64,000 nucleotides of DNA, from the NCBI GenBank assembly GCA_051294905.1, contig CM119371.1:7566001-7630000 (forward strand). The letters run 5' to 3'. The stretch's first letter is position 1, and every line of letters begins with the position of its first letter. The stretch is from Botryllus schlosseri. Taxonomy: Eukaryota. Positions 1 to 12,506 of this stretch are shown here, piece after piece. Below the pieces are notes generated by a model, which saw nothing but the letters and a program-made list of their open reading frames with translations, had not been told where the DNA came from and ran no database searches. The translations under genes and the position numbers were made by a program.

Positions 1-1563
1 GGTAACAGAAATCTGCTGTAATATCAATATACTCGTCTGGTCCCTTGCAGCAGTTTTACGTTCCTGAGACCAGTAAATTTGAATCAGGTTTATTTGGTGC
101 GGGAACACGTAAAAAAAAAGTAAGTGTGGATAATGACGAAAATCCAGTCTTTCTTGTGGAGATCATCAGTCAGCAACTGCCTGAATGAAGAGCGCTTCAT
201 CAAAACTTCAGCAGCAGTTGAAGGACTGTACTTTGGGCCATGCTCTTTTGTAGGTTCTTCTATAATCTGAACAAAGATTATGCTGTCATCAACACAGTTA
301 CAATTTGGAAACTTTGAGACGCTATAGTATGACATACTGCGACTTTTCATATTCTTGTCAATTTCTCGAATAATGATGGCCTAGGATAGCGGCGTCGAAC
401 ATAAGGCCAGCGGGCCGCATGCGGCCTACGAAGCAATTCTGAGTAGTTTGAAAAACCCCTGTATTACCCAGCACATTTTCTAACAAATGTTGAGATATTA
501 TTGTAAGAAATACTTCCCGCAAGGCCACAAATGTCAAGATCATAGACCGTGATATAATTATCCGACAGTGGTGTTATAGTTTCACTCTAGTCATCATCGG
601 GAACAAGTTGGTGATACTGACATCCAATTCCCAAAACTCTATAAAAAGTGCACACTGAGTTCATATTTTTATGAAGAAATGTGCCAAAAAGTAGTTATTC
701 GTGAAGTGAAAAAAAAACTGGTCGCACTGCTGTATCACTTCTACTCAAAGGCCCCAGACAGACAGAGAAACCCGAATGACGATTAATAATGAGCCAAATT
801 CTAACGTCTGCGTTTACAATTAAATCACTTGTGTTCCTCAAAGCGCATACGATGAGTTAACGGCAGATTACGAATAAAACAAAGGAAGCATACAAATATG
901 TCAGCTTATTCCGTCGTTAGAGTGAGTGTTTTAGCGGTTGAATTCAAACGATCAATCTTTGAAATTGTTCCAAAATTCCGTTGTTTGCGAGTAAAGGCGC
1001 TGCTAGAATATATCCATATGATATGATCGTGAATGTTATGTAATATAGCAAAATGTATACAGGATTGATAATAAACTATTCAAGCGAAAAGTAAGGTCGG
1101 GTGTTTTGATGTACCGTAACATTTTCGAATGATTTGACTGATCCGGCCCGCGAACGGTTTTAAAGTTTGAATCCGGCCAGCGACGCAAGTTGAGTTTAAT
1201 ACGGATACCCCTGGCCTAGGACTTCGTACCTGAATCATCTTTTCCAGCGTGATTGCAAACTTTTCTGGCAATATTCCTTTGCATCGCACGTCCAATGTAT
1301 TTCGCACGGCATCGTGCTAGAAGCGAGAGGCGAAATGATCCCTTTCTATCACATAAGCATTCGACGTCATGATTCATAATGCCATAACGCTTCCATTTTC
1401 GTGTAGTTCAACGTCAGAAAATGTAATAGATTCTTATAAGCCATAGCTTCTGTTCGCCATTAAACTGTAACGAAAATACATACGTCTTCAGAAACAGGAC
1501 TCTGAATAACTTACCAGATTTGAGCTCGGATACTGCTATACCTACAATGTTTGCTATCAACAC
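1..1563 (-). pseudogene. Possible decayed multi-exon gene of unknown family (exon relics)
   Basis: Splice-flanked segments on the minus strand (about 1400-1230, 638-514, 266-181, 63-1) join in consistent phases to give ...RKVCNHAGKDDS/EFWELDVSITNLFPMMTRVKL*HHCRIIISRSMILTFVALRE/IIEEPTKEHGPKYSPSTAAEVLMKRSSFR/NVKLLQGTRRVY*YYSRFLL. There are two in-frame stops (576-574, 26-24) and one GC donor. A further segment at 1563-1515 has ttgcag...gtaagt signals. No family recognised. Confidence 0.3.
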
Positions 1564-2280
1564 CTGCAATATTCTAAAGCTAGAGTTAAGCTGTGGCTTC
1601 GAAACCCTCAATATCTTACAGCAACGCATCTTGTTATTATCCAATACGAAAACATCGCGTCGATATAATATCTATCTCGGAACATTCAGCCGCACGTGCT
1701 AAGGCTCAGATATGTCTGACGTCTGACGCCACTATGTCTGGAATATGTATGACGTCACAATGTACTGTTCGCTCGAGCAGCTTCGAATTCATGATCAAAC
1801 AATTCATAAGACCATTCGCGGGAAAAACGTGAAGGACGTATACTACTCTCGTCGCAATGGCAAAGGAGCATGGCGGCTATGCGCCAGCTCCAGTGTTTCG
1901 ATATATAGTTTGTATCATACATGCGTTAAGGAGTCTACAATGGTGGCAGAACTGGTCCAACAGATAATTACACAAAAGATCATACATGCAGTAAAACTAC
2001 ATAACATACCGAATTCGCGTGGCATGCTACTATTGCTAGACCTTGATGTATCAAAGGATACTATTTATAAATCGATATAAACGATGGTATCTGCAATGCC
2101 CAAATGTTCGGATACCATTCACCGATTAGCATTCAGCGCGGCCATGGATGTCGTAATTTGCTTGATGATTGAAACATGATGTAATGACGAAAATCACAAA
2201 TATATGTCCATAATAAGACCGTAAGCGTGTAAAATGATCGAATTGTAAGTACGATAGCAATGTTGCAAATAATGATTATC

Positions 2281-2552
2281 CAGTAAATCGCTTTTACGAA
2301 TGCAAAAGTAAATCCGGAATACTGATTATCCAGTAAATTGCTTTTACAAATCAAAAAGTAAATCTGAAATACTGGTTTTCCCGTAAATTGCTTCTACGAA
2401 CTTAATGTGTAATTTTTTTAACCTTTAAAAACAAGTAAATTTACTTTTAACGTGCCCGTATATTAATTTAACGGGCATTTACCGTTAATATAACTGACGG
2501 GACAAATTTACCGGTATAATTTGGGTAAATCTACGAATATTTCTAAGAGTGT
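2281..2552. repeat. About 50-bp tandem repeat (2.5 copies) ending in a possible EnSpm/CACTA-type terminus
   Basis: cagtaaatYgcttttacRaat..aaaagtaaatc.g.aatactg is repeated from 2281 to about 2400. The segment ends TTCTAAGAGTG|TA (reverse complement CACTCTTAGAA), where it abuts a truncated hAT copy. The other end was not found. Confidence 0.35.
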
Positions 2553-2986
2553 ATATCAGCAAAGGTCGACTCAACGCATATGACGGTTACCAAGTTCGGA
2601 TATAGATACAATTGTTAAATCACACCTTAGGGGCAACAAGGTATGGCTGCCCAACTTGCTTGGTGATTTTATGAATAGGAGAGAGTAAATTGCCGTTTCT
2701 TTATTGTGTGCGGCTTTGAGAGAACAGACAGTGAAAGCTTGTTATGAGCGCAACCAGGGCAAGCCCCGGCTAGGCATTCACAAAGCGAAAACACAGAAGA
2801 GAATTCGATTTTCGCAGAGACTTCGCTATGGATGGGCATTTACAAGCGAAAGGCCAAGGATGCGGGTTTCGCTGGGATTCTAGAATGTATTTATTGTTGC
2901 GCGTCTATATATGGTAAACAATTGTTATTGAACAGAATTTCAGGTGGGGCAATGACCCAGTTGCGCTACAGGATGAGCCGCCATTG
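2553..2986 (-). mobile_element. Truncated inverted copy of the hAT (Tip100-like) family found at 7994
   Basis: The reverse complement aligns by eye with 7994-8430 (shared AGTCTCTGCGAAAATCGAATTCTCTTCTGTGTTTTCGCTTTG and GTCGACCTTTGCTG). It ends in GCCGCCATTG, matching the CAGTGGCGG-type terminal inverted repeat (TIR). Confidence 0.65.
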
Positions 2987-5598
2987 GTGAATAGTTAATT
3001 TTGAGACAATTACACTAATTTGATACTAAGATCGATATCAGATTTCAAAATACTTTATCATATTCTTCCAAAATCACAAACCAGATCGTCGGTTGCATGT
3101 GGCCGCATGTTGGTGAGCTCTGGTATAGTGCAAAACCAGACAACCTTGATGTACTGACGTTAACTATTCTCATGCTTTTGGAATGCACTGTGATTTCATA
3201 TGAACTGAGCTGAATTTTTGCTGTATTCATTTTTCCTTCACAATTTCATTCAATTTCAAAGTTTTTGCGAATTCAAAAATTCCAATTCTAATCTAATTTG
3301 GAAAAAGCTGTGTAGCTCTAATTCTAATCTAAATCGGAAAAAATGTCTAGCTCTACTTCTAATCTAATTTGAAAAAGCTGAAAATTTTTCTAGTTGTCCA
3401 AGTCTGCTCCAAGGCATGCTTTTAGACTCCGACTACACAACTCTGGTTGTAAGGAACAGATAGCACAAAGGCATGGAGTCATTGAAGTTCAAGCTTCAAC
3501 TGAGCACAGTTGAGTCCAAGTGTAGTGTTGATATATTTATGAAAACCTGCTATGCCAAAGCCTCAGGTTCCGCAAACAACAGCTCGAACCTACTCAAAAC
3601 ACAGAGGTAAAGTGAAGATGACAAACTAAATGTAGCAACTATAGCAGTGGTTTCCAACCGGTGGGGAACTCATTGTTTTCAGGTGGGGAATAGACCCATT
3701 TGTCAAACACTATATACATGACAGTCTACATATTTACGGAGACACATGCACGATTAACGTTACTAGTTAATTGCTCCAGAATGTATGTAACGAAAATTAT
3801 ATTGAGTGTTGTTCCCAAAATTCATTTTTAACTCACGACCAGTATGACGTGAAATAACGCTTTCGCTAAATTATATGCGATTGTTTTGCGTACTTCTGCG
3901 ATTGTGTGTCTTGTGTACTCAAACAAGAAAATAGCTGCTCCGTAATGACGAACATTTTGGGTAGTGGGGAGTGAAGGCTCGGAATAAATCTGAACTAGGA
4001 ATGAAGACAAAAAGGTTGGGAAGCACTGAACTAGAGCGACAGAATCAGAATTTCGGTACAATATTATCTGTAGGCTACATAGTAGTTTCAAGTATTAAAA
4101 TATGCAACCTTAATTTCCCTGCGTAAAAGAATCCGTATTTTGGCTTTGGGAATAGTCAGGGTAACACATCTGTAAAAAGCAGTTCTTGCCTTTTCATGGC
4201 TGCGGCCCAATTTCCATTTTGCAAATATGCCATCATCCACCACTTAGCCTCGATTGGCAGCAAAATGGCAGTTTTAGACCTAGCTAGAGAGGTAACCCAT
4301 GTAGCCTAATGGCTGCTACGCCACAATTCCCGTGTCATTGACTGACATAAGTTATTGTTTCAACTCACCAGCGGGCTGTGAGTTGAGCATGGGGTGTCAG
4401 TATCATGTACGAGCGGCACGGTGGAATCATACCATTTTTCAAGGTGTATTTGGACCTTGACTTGAATAACTAGAACTTTCAGATTTTTTAAATTAGGGCC
4501 AAATCAATAATTGAACTGTATTTTCCAAACTAGAATAAAATTAGAAATTTAGTCACCCTTTTTTCCAAATTATATTAGAATAGCTGAGTTCGCGAAAACT
4601 TGGACATTGAATTAATTTCATTTCATATGAAATCATAGTTCCCAGCAGGAGAATGGCGAATGTCTGCACCGTAAGCTTGGTTCGTTTCGAACAATAAAGT
4701 TCTTCTGTTGCAGTTACAGGAAACCGGAAAATAGATTAGATTTAAAATTTTAGCATAGAAACATTTCCTAAATAATATTAGAATACGAGCAAAGAAACAT
4801 TTCACAAATTAGATTAGATTAGGATTATTGGTATTTCGCTCCAATTAGACAACTCGAATCATATACTTGACCAAGTCTGTCTGGACCGTATTCGTCTTTT
4901 TGGGACAAATGTTTCATTTCGCATCCGACTTGGATTGTTACTTGGGGCCCACAGTGCGCTTCACTCGGTCACTAGATGTCTATAAAGTGAAGGCGGATGT
5001 TTTCGTAACGAGTTCTCCCTCGACAAATTTGAAATTTTGTCGGTGTCCGATTCCGTCACCATGACAACCAGTGACCAAGGGAGGGGCTCGGGTTTGAATT
5101 TTACGTATTCTCCGTTTCATTGCCTGAGAATGCGAGCCGCCACATTTGTACTCTCGCCTAAATTTCGCCGGTACTGGGCCGTTTCACGTCCTCCTCAATC
5201 TGCAAAAGATATTAAGGTGTCAGTCGATACTAGCATTGGAGTCTCAGTATTTTAAGGTATTTTGGAAATCCCGGGATTTCGAGAAAGCATCTGCCAGAGC
5301 TAAAACAGTGCTTACTTTGCTTTTAAATCAGCGTTACAATATCATATGGCTGTCTTGTACAATGTACGCTACATTGCTGTGATAATCATACCAACTATTG
5401 CAGTGGTTCCCGACCGAGGATAAATTGCACCCTTGGGGGGAATTTTGGAACTTTTAGGGAGGAATCTGACTTTAGGGTTGCATCGGAAGGTGATCCCGGG
5501 TTAACAAGTTATTGTAGGCTGTGTGTAACGGCTTTCTGTAGAAATTCCAACCCCTGATCAAGTGTATATGATACTGGGAATTAAAAGTGAAATATAAA

Positions 5599-5750
5599 CA
5601 GTGTTGGGATGACTCGAGTCAACTTTTTCGTATGACTTGACTTGACTCGAGTCACTTTGGAAAAATGACTTGACTTGACTTGACTCGAAGCTTCGAAAAT
5701 GTGCATTGACTCGTGACTCGGAGTAAAATTTACGAGTCAATTTCAAGTCA
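5599..5750 (+). mobile_element. GACTCGAG-rich hAT (Ac-like) MITE fragment
   Basis: Starts CAGTGTTGGGATGACTCGAGTC and has many TGACTTGACTCGAG motifs, like the copies at 25.4-26.4 kb and 40.6-41.1 kb. No right end or TSD found. Confidence 0.5.
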
Positions 5751-8700
5751 TAAAGTAAACATGTGTCAAATAAATCGCTGTATCTTGTGTATGTTCGGAT
5801 TGTTCCGGATGCGCCGGTGTCACTCGTGAGAGCAACCAGTCATTCAATGATTCTACGTTACACTAATCCTCCATCGTTACATCACAAATAAACTGAACGC
5901 AAACGAAACGATCACAGCTTACGTTGTCGAAGTAGTAGTAGTAGAAGATTTTATCGAAATAGCAATGTGCCTCTGTTTCTTGGACGGCTCAATGCTTACG
6001 TTGCACAGTGCTCAAATTTACCAACCCTCTTGTATGATTTAAATCAAACTATTACGGTTCGTGCGTTTATATTCTTACGGACGAGTAAATGGGTAGTGCA
6101 GGCTATTGTATCAAATCAATTTGTTTCAACTTATCGATGCTTCGCATTAGGTCCTATATTTTGACTAATAATAACTGACTGTAGCATGTAGCTGTACAGT
6201 TACTCGCGTATTTTATTAGCAGTTTTAATAGTGCGCGAGGGCTACAACGTCTTTTTACATGTATATTTACCTACCTATCTACCTATATTTACCCTGCTGC
6301 CCATCATGGACCATCATGGATTGATCGCCTCTGCGTCGCCTCTCTACCATTTTAAGGTGATTTATTCTCATCACCACGAGTTGCTGGACGCCTCTGTACG
6401 ATTGAAGGTGATTTTTTCTTGCTATAGTAGGGTTGCTGAACGCCGCTTTACCATTGAAAGTGATTCTTCGATTCCGTGGGAGCTAATACGATGGACATTT
6501 TTCATTTATCTTTACCTTCAATTTACTGAAATGACGACTCTGGCATTAGTCGGAATGGAATCGTCCGTACGCCGTTAGACCGAATTTCTCTGACCGAGTC
6601 GCTTATCTTGATGACTTTCATGGAACTATTTTTGTTTCGAAATTGACTGGACGTGATTTGCAGACTCAATTGACATTCCTTCCCTTTTCACTCTAAACCC
6701 CATGGTTCTCGGAAGATGTTACACGACCACGCAGGAACGTTTGATTCCGAATTTATGTGGTCAACGATTAGATTGATGTATTGATGATTGACTGGTCTGG
6801 ACGTTACCTCATACATTTACTACATTCTATTGACTGGGTTCAGTCACATGGGGGAGTGTTTACGATTGCGCATGTTATTTGTTATTCTCTATTTGATGAC
6901 GTTTTTAGAGGAATCCGTTTATTTCTATTTCGCTTTTCTAACCATTCTAATTGCCTGATTTTAATCCTGGTTTATTTGATTACTGTTCTACTTTCCCATT
7001 CTCTTGCCTTTATATTTCCTCGTTGCTGTTGCATCATTATCCATTCCATCGAGCAACGGACAAGCGAGCACTATTGCAAAGCACTCTCTTGTATTTGCAT
7101 CTTTGTATTCTCAAAGAAAATCTGATGTTCTCATTGTGTATTATTCGATTTGGGCTGCTTGATTCGTTTTGAATACAAGATTGATACGCAAGGTTAGCGA
7201 GTCCAAGAGCAGATTCAACTGAGCAGACTGGATTCGAAGCCTGCTAAATCGGCACTCATTTACATCGGAGTGACGCTTCGAAACAAGTGCAGTATTGATT
7301 GGCGGAGAATAGCAATACAGCTGCTGCGTAGCTTAATCATAATAACACTGGTCGACATGATTTTTGAGTTCTGGTCAAAATGATTACTGCTAAGCTAATT
7401 TTCGTACGCTGATTACGAATATGAAGTCGCTGTCTACCTGTGACGTCAAGATTTTTTATAATCTGTGATTGAAAATTTTGCATTTCAGTGCTAACCTAAA
7501 ACACCATTTTCTGTGACGTGCTCCTTGCTGTTGGGTCATAGTTATAACCAGTGTGACGTCATCAGAGCTGGTCAAACTACCGTAGAAGTAGAAGTAGCAC
7601 CGTCAATTTCTACTGAAGTAGAAGTAAAAGTAACCTTTTATATGTATATGAAAGAGTAAATATTATAGGTCTAGATTTTGATATCAGTATCAATTTATTA
7701 TTCTTTTCTTCCTTTCAAAACATTACAAGACTGCGATACAATGAAAAGATAGGAAGGCGTCGCAACGACTTGGAGTAGTCTTTTGAAATCAGGACCCACC
7801 TGGGCCTAGGCGATGTAACGAAAAATTATTCAAAGCGCACTGAATGAAAAATAAAGCGACATTGAGGCTGTGAAGCATTTGAAAACAAAAATCTTTAGCA
7901 TTTGGTGTGCCAATGGTTTGGAGAGAGCCACAATGACACGAACAAGACTGTTACCTTTGCTCATGTGGTATTCTTTGGATTCAATGTCAAAGACAGTGGC
8001 GGGTCGTCCTATAGGGCAACTGGAGCATTGCCCCACCTAAAATTATGTTCAATAACAATTCTTTATCATTTATAGACGCACACCAATCTATATATACCGA
8101 AATCACAGCGAATATCGTATTCTTCTTGTCCTTTCGCATGTAAATGCCCATATATAGCGAAGTCTCTGCGAAAATCGAATTCTCTTCTGTGTTTTCGCTT
8201 TGCGAATGCTAGCCGGGGCATGCCCCGGTAGCGCTCATAACAAGCTTTTACTGTCTATTCTCTCAAAGCCGCGCACAATAAAGAAACGGTGATTTACCCT
8301 CTCCTATTCATAAAATTACCGAGCAACCGGGGCACAATAGCTCTGTGCCCCTAAGGTGTGATGTAACAATCGTATCTATAGCTGAACTCGGTTACCGTCA
8401 TATGCGTTTAGTCGACCTTTGCTGGTATATAGGTCGATTTTGATGGTGTTTCCCACCATGAAAACTCTTGAAACTTGGTATGTCATGTCGTGATGGTGAT
8501 ATTTAACACTGCCCCAAGTTTCAGGGTTTCTACTTGCAGTTCAGGGTAGTAATTCCGTTTCCGAAGTTGAGTGTGTGCTGATCCGTCATGTATCGCAAAC
8601 AGATTTTACTCAAAAGCCGGTATTGGTATCCATTGATTTTGAGATCGGTTATATGACATTTGGCACGGTAAGTCTTAATGTTAGTATCGAACGCTGTACC

Positions 8701-9733
8701 AAGTTTTAAGTTTGTCACTGAACTGTGTTAGTGGTAATTTCGTTTCCTAATTCGAGTGAGAGCTGACTCGTCATTTATCGCTAACAGATTATACGCAAAG
8801 CCGGTATTGGTCTCTATTGCAGCGGTTCTCAACCGGGGGTCCGCGAAACTATTTCAGGGGGTCCGCGAGCCCTCAATTTTTTTTAAATGGCTGATAACCT
8901 AATTTTTATTTTATTTTTTGAATTTGAGAAAGCACGAGGCATTTTCGCACCACAGCTGCTAAAACCTCATGACTCGTATCATCATAATAATCGTCTGACA
9001 TGAACTATCGTAGTGTGCAAAATCATTTCCATTGCCAATTTTCCAATAAACTGATACAAACATATTGCTGTTAGAGACGTTTTGTTGGGGTTTGTGGAAA
9101 ATATAAAAAGTATGGAGATAGTAACGTCAATCAGGGTCACTTCGTAATGTCTGCGAAACCTTCTCAATGCGAAGTTGTCAGTCTCATCAAGTTAGTGAAC
9201 AGTCGTTTGAAATAAAAATTTGCGAAATATTTTCCTAATTTGTCCCAATGCAGGGATTGAAACGTCGCCACGAAATCTATTTTATCCTGCGATATACATA
9301 ACTAGTAACCACTATTTGAACAGCTTCTTGGAGGTACAGAACTTCAATATACAATTGAATAATATATTGATATTGAAATGAACCCAAGTATTTTCGGCTG
9401 ACACTCGTCATAAATCGGACAAAGATATACCTGCTCTTGAAGCTCGGCTATCAGATTTGGCACATTCTTATTGCGGATTCCCTATCAACAGGGCTGTTTT
9501 TTGATAAACAAGGAGTGTTTCGTTGCTATCAAAGCATTACGCTCCAACCCTGAAATTCATATCACCAGTTTGGACCCAAACTTGGACCCATTCTTTGGCG
9601 CATAAAATTTGTCTATACTTTTAGATTAGGATTTCACTTTGACGGTAGAAACTCTCTGTTGCCCGTCCCTGCGCTAGATGCCGGACGTGATATGTTCATA
9701 AAATATACGTTTCTTCATTTTGTTGCCATAAAT

Positions 9734-10348
9734 TAGGCTTACCATACGTCCTCTTTTAAGAGGATTTGTCCTCTTTTTTGACTTTTTTGAAAGTGTCCTC
9801 GGAGGACGCCCTTTTGTCCTCTTTTTTGAGATTTTGTCCTCTTTTTTGAAAATTTAGGTCATATTTAGAGGAAATCGCGAGTCATATGCCGCAAATTAGC
9901 GCAGAAGTGAAGCTCCGGTGGGTATTTCGGAGGGGTGATATCAGCTCTGAGCGGAAGTGATGACCTTTTTTTTTTTTTTTTAGTCATCCACCTGGCAATG
10001 TTGAGTGAAAAACGTGTTTTTGAGCTCTGAGCGGAAGTGATGACCTTTTTTTTTTTTTTTAGTCATCCACCTGGCAATGTGGAGTGAAAAACGTGTTTTT
10101 GAGCTCTGAGCGGGAGTGATGACCTTTTTTTTTTTAGTCATCCACCTGGCAATGTTGAGTGAAAAACGTGTTTTTGAGCTCTGAGCGGAAGTGATGACCT
10201 TTTTTTTTTTTAGTCATCCACCTGGCAATGTGGAGTGAAAAACGTGTTTTTGAGCTCTGAGCGGGAGTGATGACCTTTTTTTTTTTAGTCATCCACCTGG
10301 CAATGTGGAGTGAAAAACGTGTTTTTGAGCTCTGAGCAAAAGTGATGA

Positions 10349-10382
<34 letters not shown>

Positions 10383-10501
10383 TCATCCGATCATGAAGCG
10401 GGTGAAATTTACCTGTTTTTGAGAATTCTTCTCCAGTTTTGCTTGTCTGAAATTTCTGAAAAAGTGTCCTCTTTTTTCATTTCCGAAATATGGTAAGCCT
10501 A
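9734..10501. mobile_element. hAT (Blackjack-like) MITE nested in 8820-10902
   Basis: Perfect 13-bp TIR TAGGCTTACCATA / TATGGTAAGCCTA with subterminal TGTCCTCTTTT motifs. Perfect TSD CCATAAAT at 9726-9733 and 10502-10509. Confidence 0.9.
9943..10388. repeat. Minisatellite: 64-bp constant unit plus variable poly-T, five full copies and one partial
   Basis: Units start at 9943, 10023, 10102, 10177, 10253 and 10328. T-runs are 16, 15, 11, 12, 11 and 30 nt, each flanked by GATGAC...GTCATC. Confidence 0.95.
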
Positions 10502-12200
10502 CCATAAATGTTGCGATCACACCAAAAGTCTCGTCGGAAGCGTTATGCGTTAATATTGCATTAGCCTCCATCTATCTTTGCGGAATGGTTTTCGGCACTC
10601 CTCGTTCCTATCAAAACGAAGACGCGGATTTACAAGACACGACCACGTACTTCAAGAAATACAGCAGCAAAATTAGCTTTGAAATTATAAAAGTCTACCA
10701 ATTTTTACATGAATGGTATGGTGTTATTTTCAAGAAAAATCAATATTTTGCTGTTTATCACAAGCCTACAGCTCATATTCACACAAGACAGATGGAGGTT
10801 GCACCATAATAGAGCTAAAATTGAACTAAAACTTGAGGGGGTCCGCGAGGGTCTGTGACGGTCAAAAGGGGTCCGCGAAGCCGAAAAGGTTGAGAACCAC
10901 TGCTCTATTGATTTTAACGATGTTCCTTACCTAGATCCGTCATAAGCTTTTGCACGGTATTTCTTGATTTTAGTATCGAACGCTGTGCCAAGTCTCAAGG
11001 TTGACACTCAATGATTAGGGCAGTAATTTCGTGATCAAGGTCGAGTATGGTAGAGATGTGCTCCGATCTGACACTTTCGCATACAACGCATTGCGGATTT
11101 CACGCTAAAGCCGGTGTATCTGCGGTAACGTTAACTGAGATGATGATATCATTCTCAGTTTGCATTCATATATTTACTTTGATATTATATTCTCCAATGT
11201 CAATTTCACCGTGAAGTTGTGGCCTTAAAGCCATTTGCTTACAACCCCCTGTCAAGCGCGATAGCTATTTCGTATTCGATGGCGGCTAACAGCTGATCAT
11301 GATCACTTGATCAGCGTATTCCTCAGTAAATTTTACGCAAAATTCGGTGTTGGTCTGTTCACATCAATTTTGACAGTGTACTGAATTTAAGGCTTTCATC
11401 CAGGTATTTATTCGGTAATATATTTTCCAAAGACGATTTCGCAGCAGACCTATAGACAGTAATAAAGCCGTATGTGTCGTGTTACGGTCTCCAGTTTCAA
11501 GGCCAAAATCTCCTATGCTGTACCGAGACCGAATTTCCGAGGCTGCTATTCTTAGTTCTTCAGAATGATGTTTTGGATTCATTATGACAGGCCCAATCTA
11601 TGAGATAACAATTGCGTATCTGTCCGAACTCGTTGACCTTTCCAGTTAGGCCTACGTTATCTCTCGAGTTATAGTCATTTCCAGGTCAAGTGCGAACATG
11701 AACCGTGTTGAATCTTTGTTCCGTACGCCGTTTACGCAGTTACCACACTTCAAGTCACAGCTCACCGGCGGACCTCTCGTGGCACATACATTAAAATCAC
11801 TGTTGCCGGTAAATTCATGTTACCGTACCATCATTAGTTACTTGTTTACGTTGGAAAACGCCATTGTGGCGTCATCTTGATAAAAAGTCGCTTGCAGCCC
11901 TTGCCCCACCACCCGATATTGTCACGAGCCACCACTGGTCAAAGATTAGCATAAAATGCAATATCCAATTTAACTTGGCAATATGACCGCTTCTTCATGG
12001 GCCAGTTGTTATAATCCCACTGCCTTCAAAAGTTTTACCGACAGTTGAAGAAGATTTTCTCGGTGAAGAGTCTTTGTCTGAAGAATGTTCTCTGCATGAG
12101 TGTGATCAGCAGGTATATAAAATTAAATCAAGCCGAACGAAATGACTTTGTCATAAATTTGAATTTGGCAAACCAATCTGCTCTTATTGTAGGTTCCATA

Positions 12201-12456
12201 TGTTATGTTCGTGCATTTACGTTCGGTGTCGTAGAACTCTTTCTTTCTATAGGATTAGTAATTTCAGCCAATCATTATTTCCTCGTGTGTCATGCTTGTA
12301 TTTATACCCTGTGTTCTGTTGTCTCGGGGTCTTTTCATTTAACTGTACTCTGGATCGTGTCGCTGCCTTAAAGTCATACTGCTGTTAAATATACTGATTT
12401 CGTATTGTAACCTCGTCGTATTGAGTTATTGTTCAAACAAGATCAAGAACATAACA
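12201..12456 (+). repeat. 5' LTR
   Basis: 10-bp terminal inverted repeat TGTTATGTTC...GAACATAACA, a CCAAT box and a TATTTATA motif. It differs from the 3' LTR by one substitution and a 2-bp indel. Confidence 0.96.
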
Positions 12457-12458
12457 AT

Positions 12459-12478
12459 TGGTGTCAGAAGTCGGATTC
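12459..12478 (+). promoter_or_regulatory. Primer-binding site, tRNA-Leu type
   Basis: TGGTGTCAGAAGTCGGATTC starts 2 nt after the 5' LTR. It is complementary, with one mismatch, to the recalled 3' end of metazoan tRNA-Leu (...GAATCCCACTTCTGACACCA). Confidence 0.85.
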
Positions 12479-12506
12479 ATATTTATTTCTGCGACTGAGA
12501 TACATC

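Larger units (their letters stand above)
8820..10902. mobile_element. Non-autonomous hAT (Charlie/Buster-like) element nested in 7994-11937
   Basis: TIRs CAGCGGTTCTCAACC / GGTTGAGAACCACTG with subterminal GGGGTCCGCG motifs at both ends. Perfect TSD CTCTATTG at 8812-8819 and 10903-10910. Confidence 0.9.
7994..11937. mobile_element. Non-autonomous hAT (Tip100-like) element, outer layer of a triple nest
   Basis: Termini CAGTGGCGGGTC...GAGCCACCACTG. Perfect 8-bp TSD GTCAAAGA at 7986-7993 and 11938-11945. Confidence 0.85.

Noticed and set aside
6337..6465. Three spaced repeats as a mini-CRISPR
   Set aside because: The repeats are degenerate, only three, with ~18-nt gaps and no cas genes.
9943..10388. 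CRISPR-like array
   Set aside because: The units are contiguous tandem copies, the only variable part is poly-T length, there are no unique spacers or cas genes, and the context is eukaryotic.
12045..12388. Hydrophobic ORFs (also 16655-16873) as env or membrane proteins
   Set aside because: They are incidental translations of the T-rich LTR and cross the insertion junction.
12459..12478. tRNA gene
   Set aside because: Only a 20-nt complement of a tRNA 3' end (primer-binding site). No tRNA or rRNA gene was recognised anywhere in the window.
12429..12506. N-terminal 26 aa of the 1407-aa ORF
   Set aside because: It starts at a TTG inside the LTR and runs through the primer-binding site. The plausible start is the ATG at 12507.
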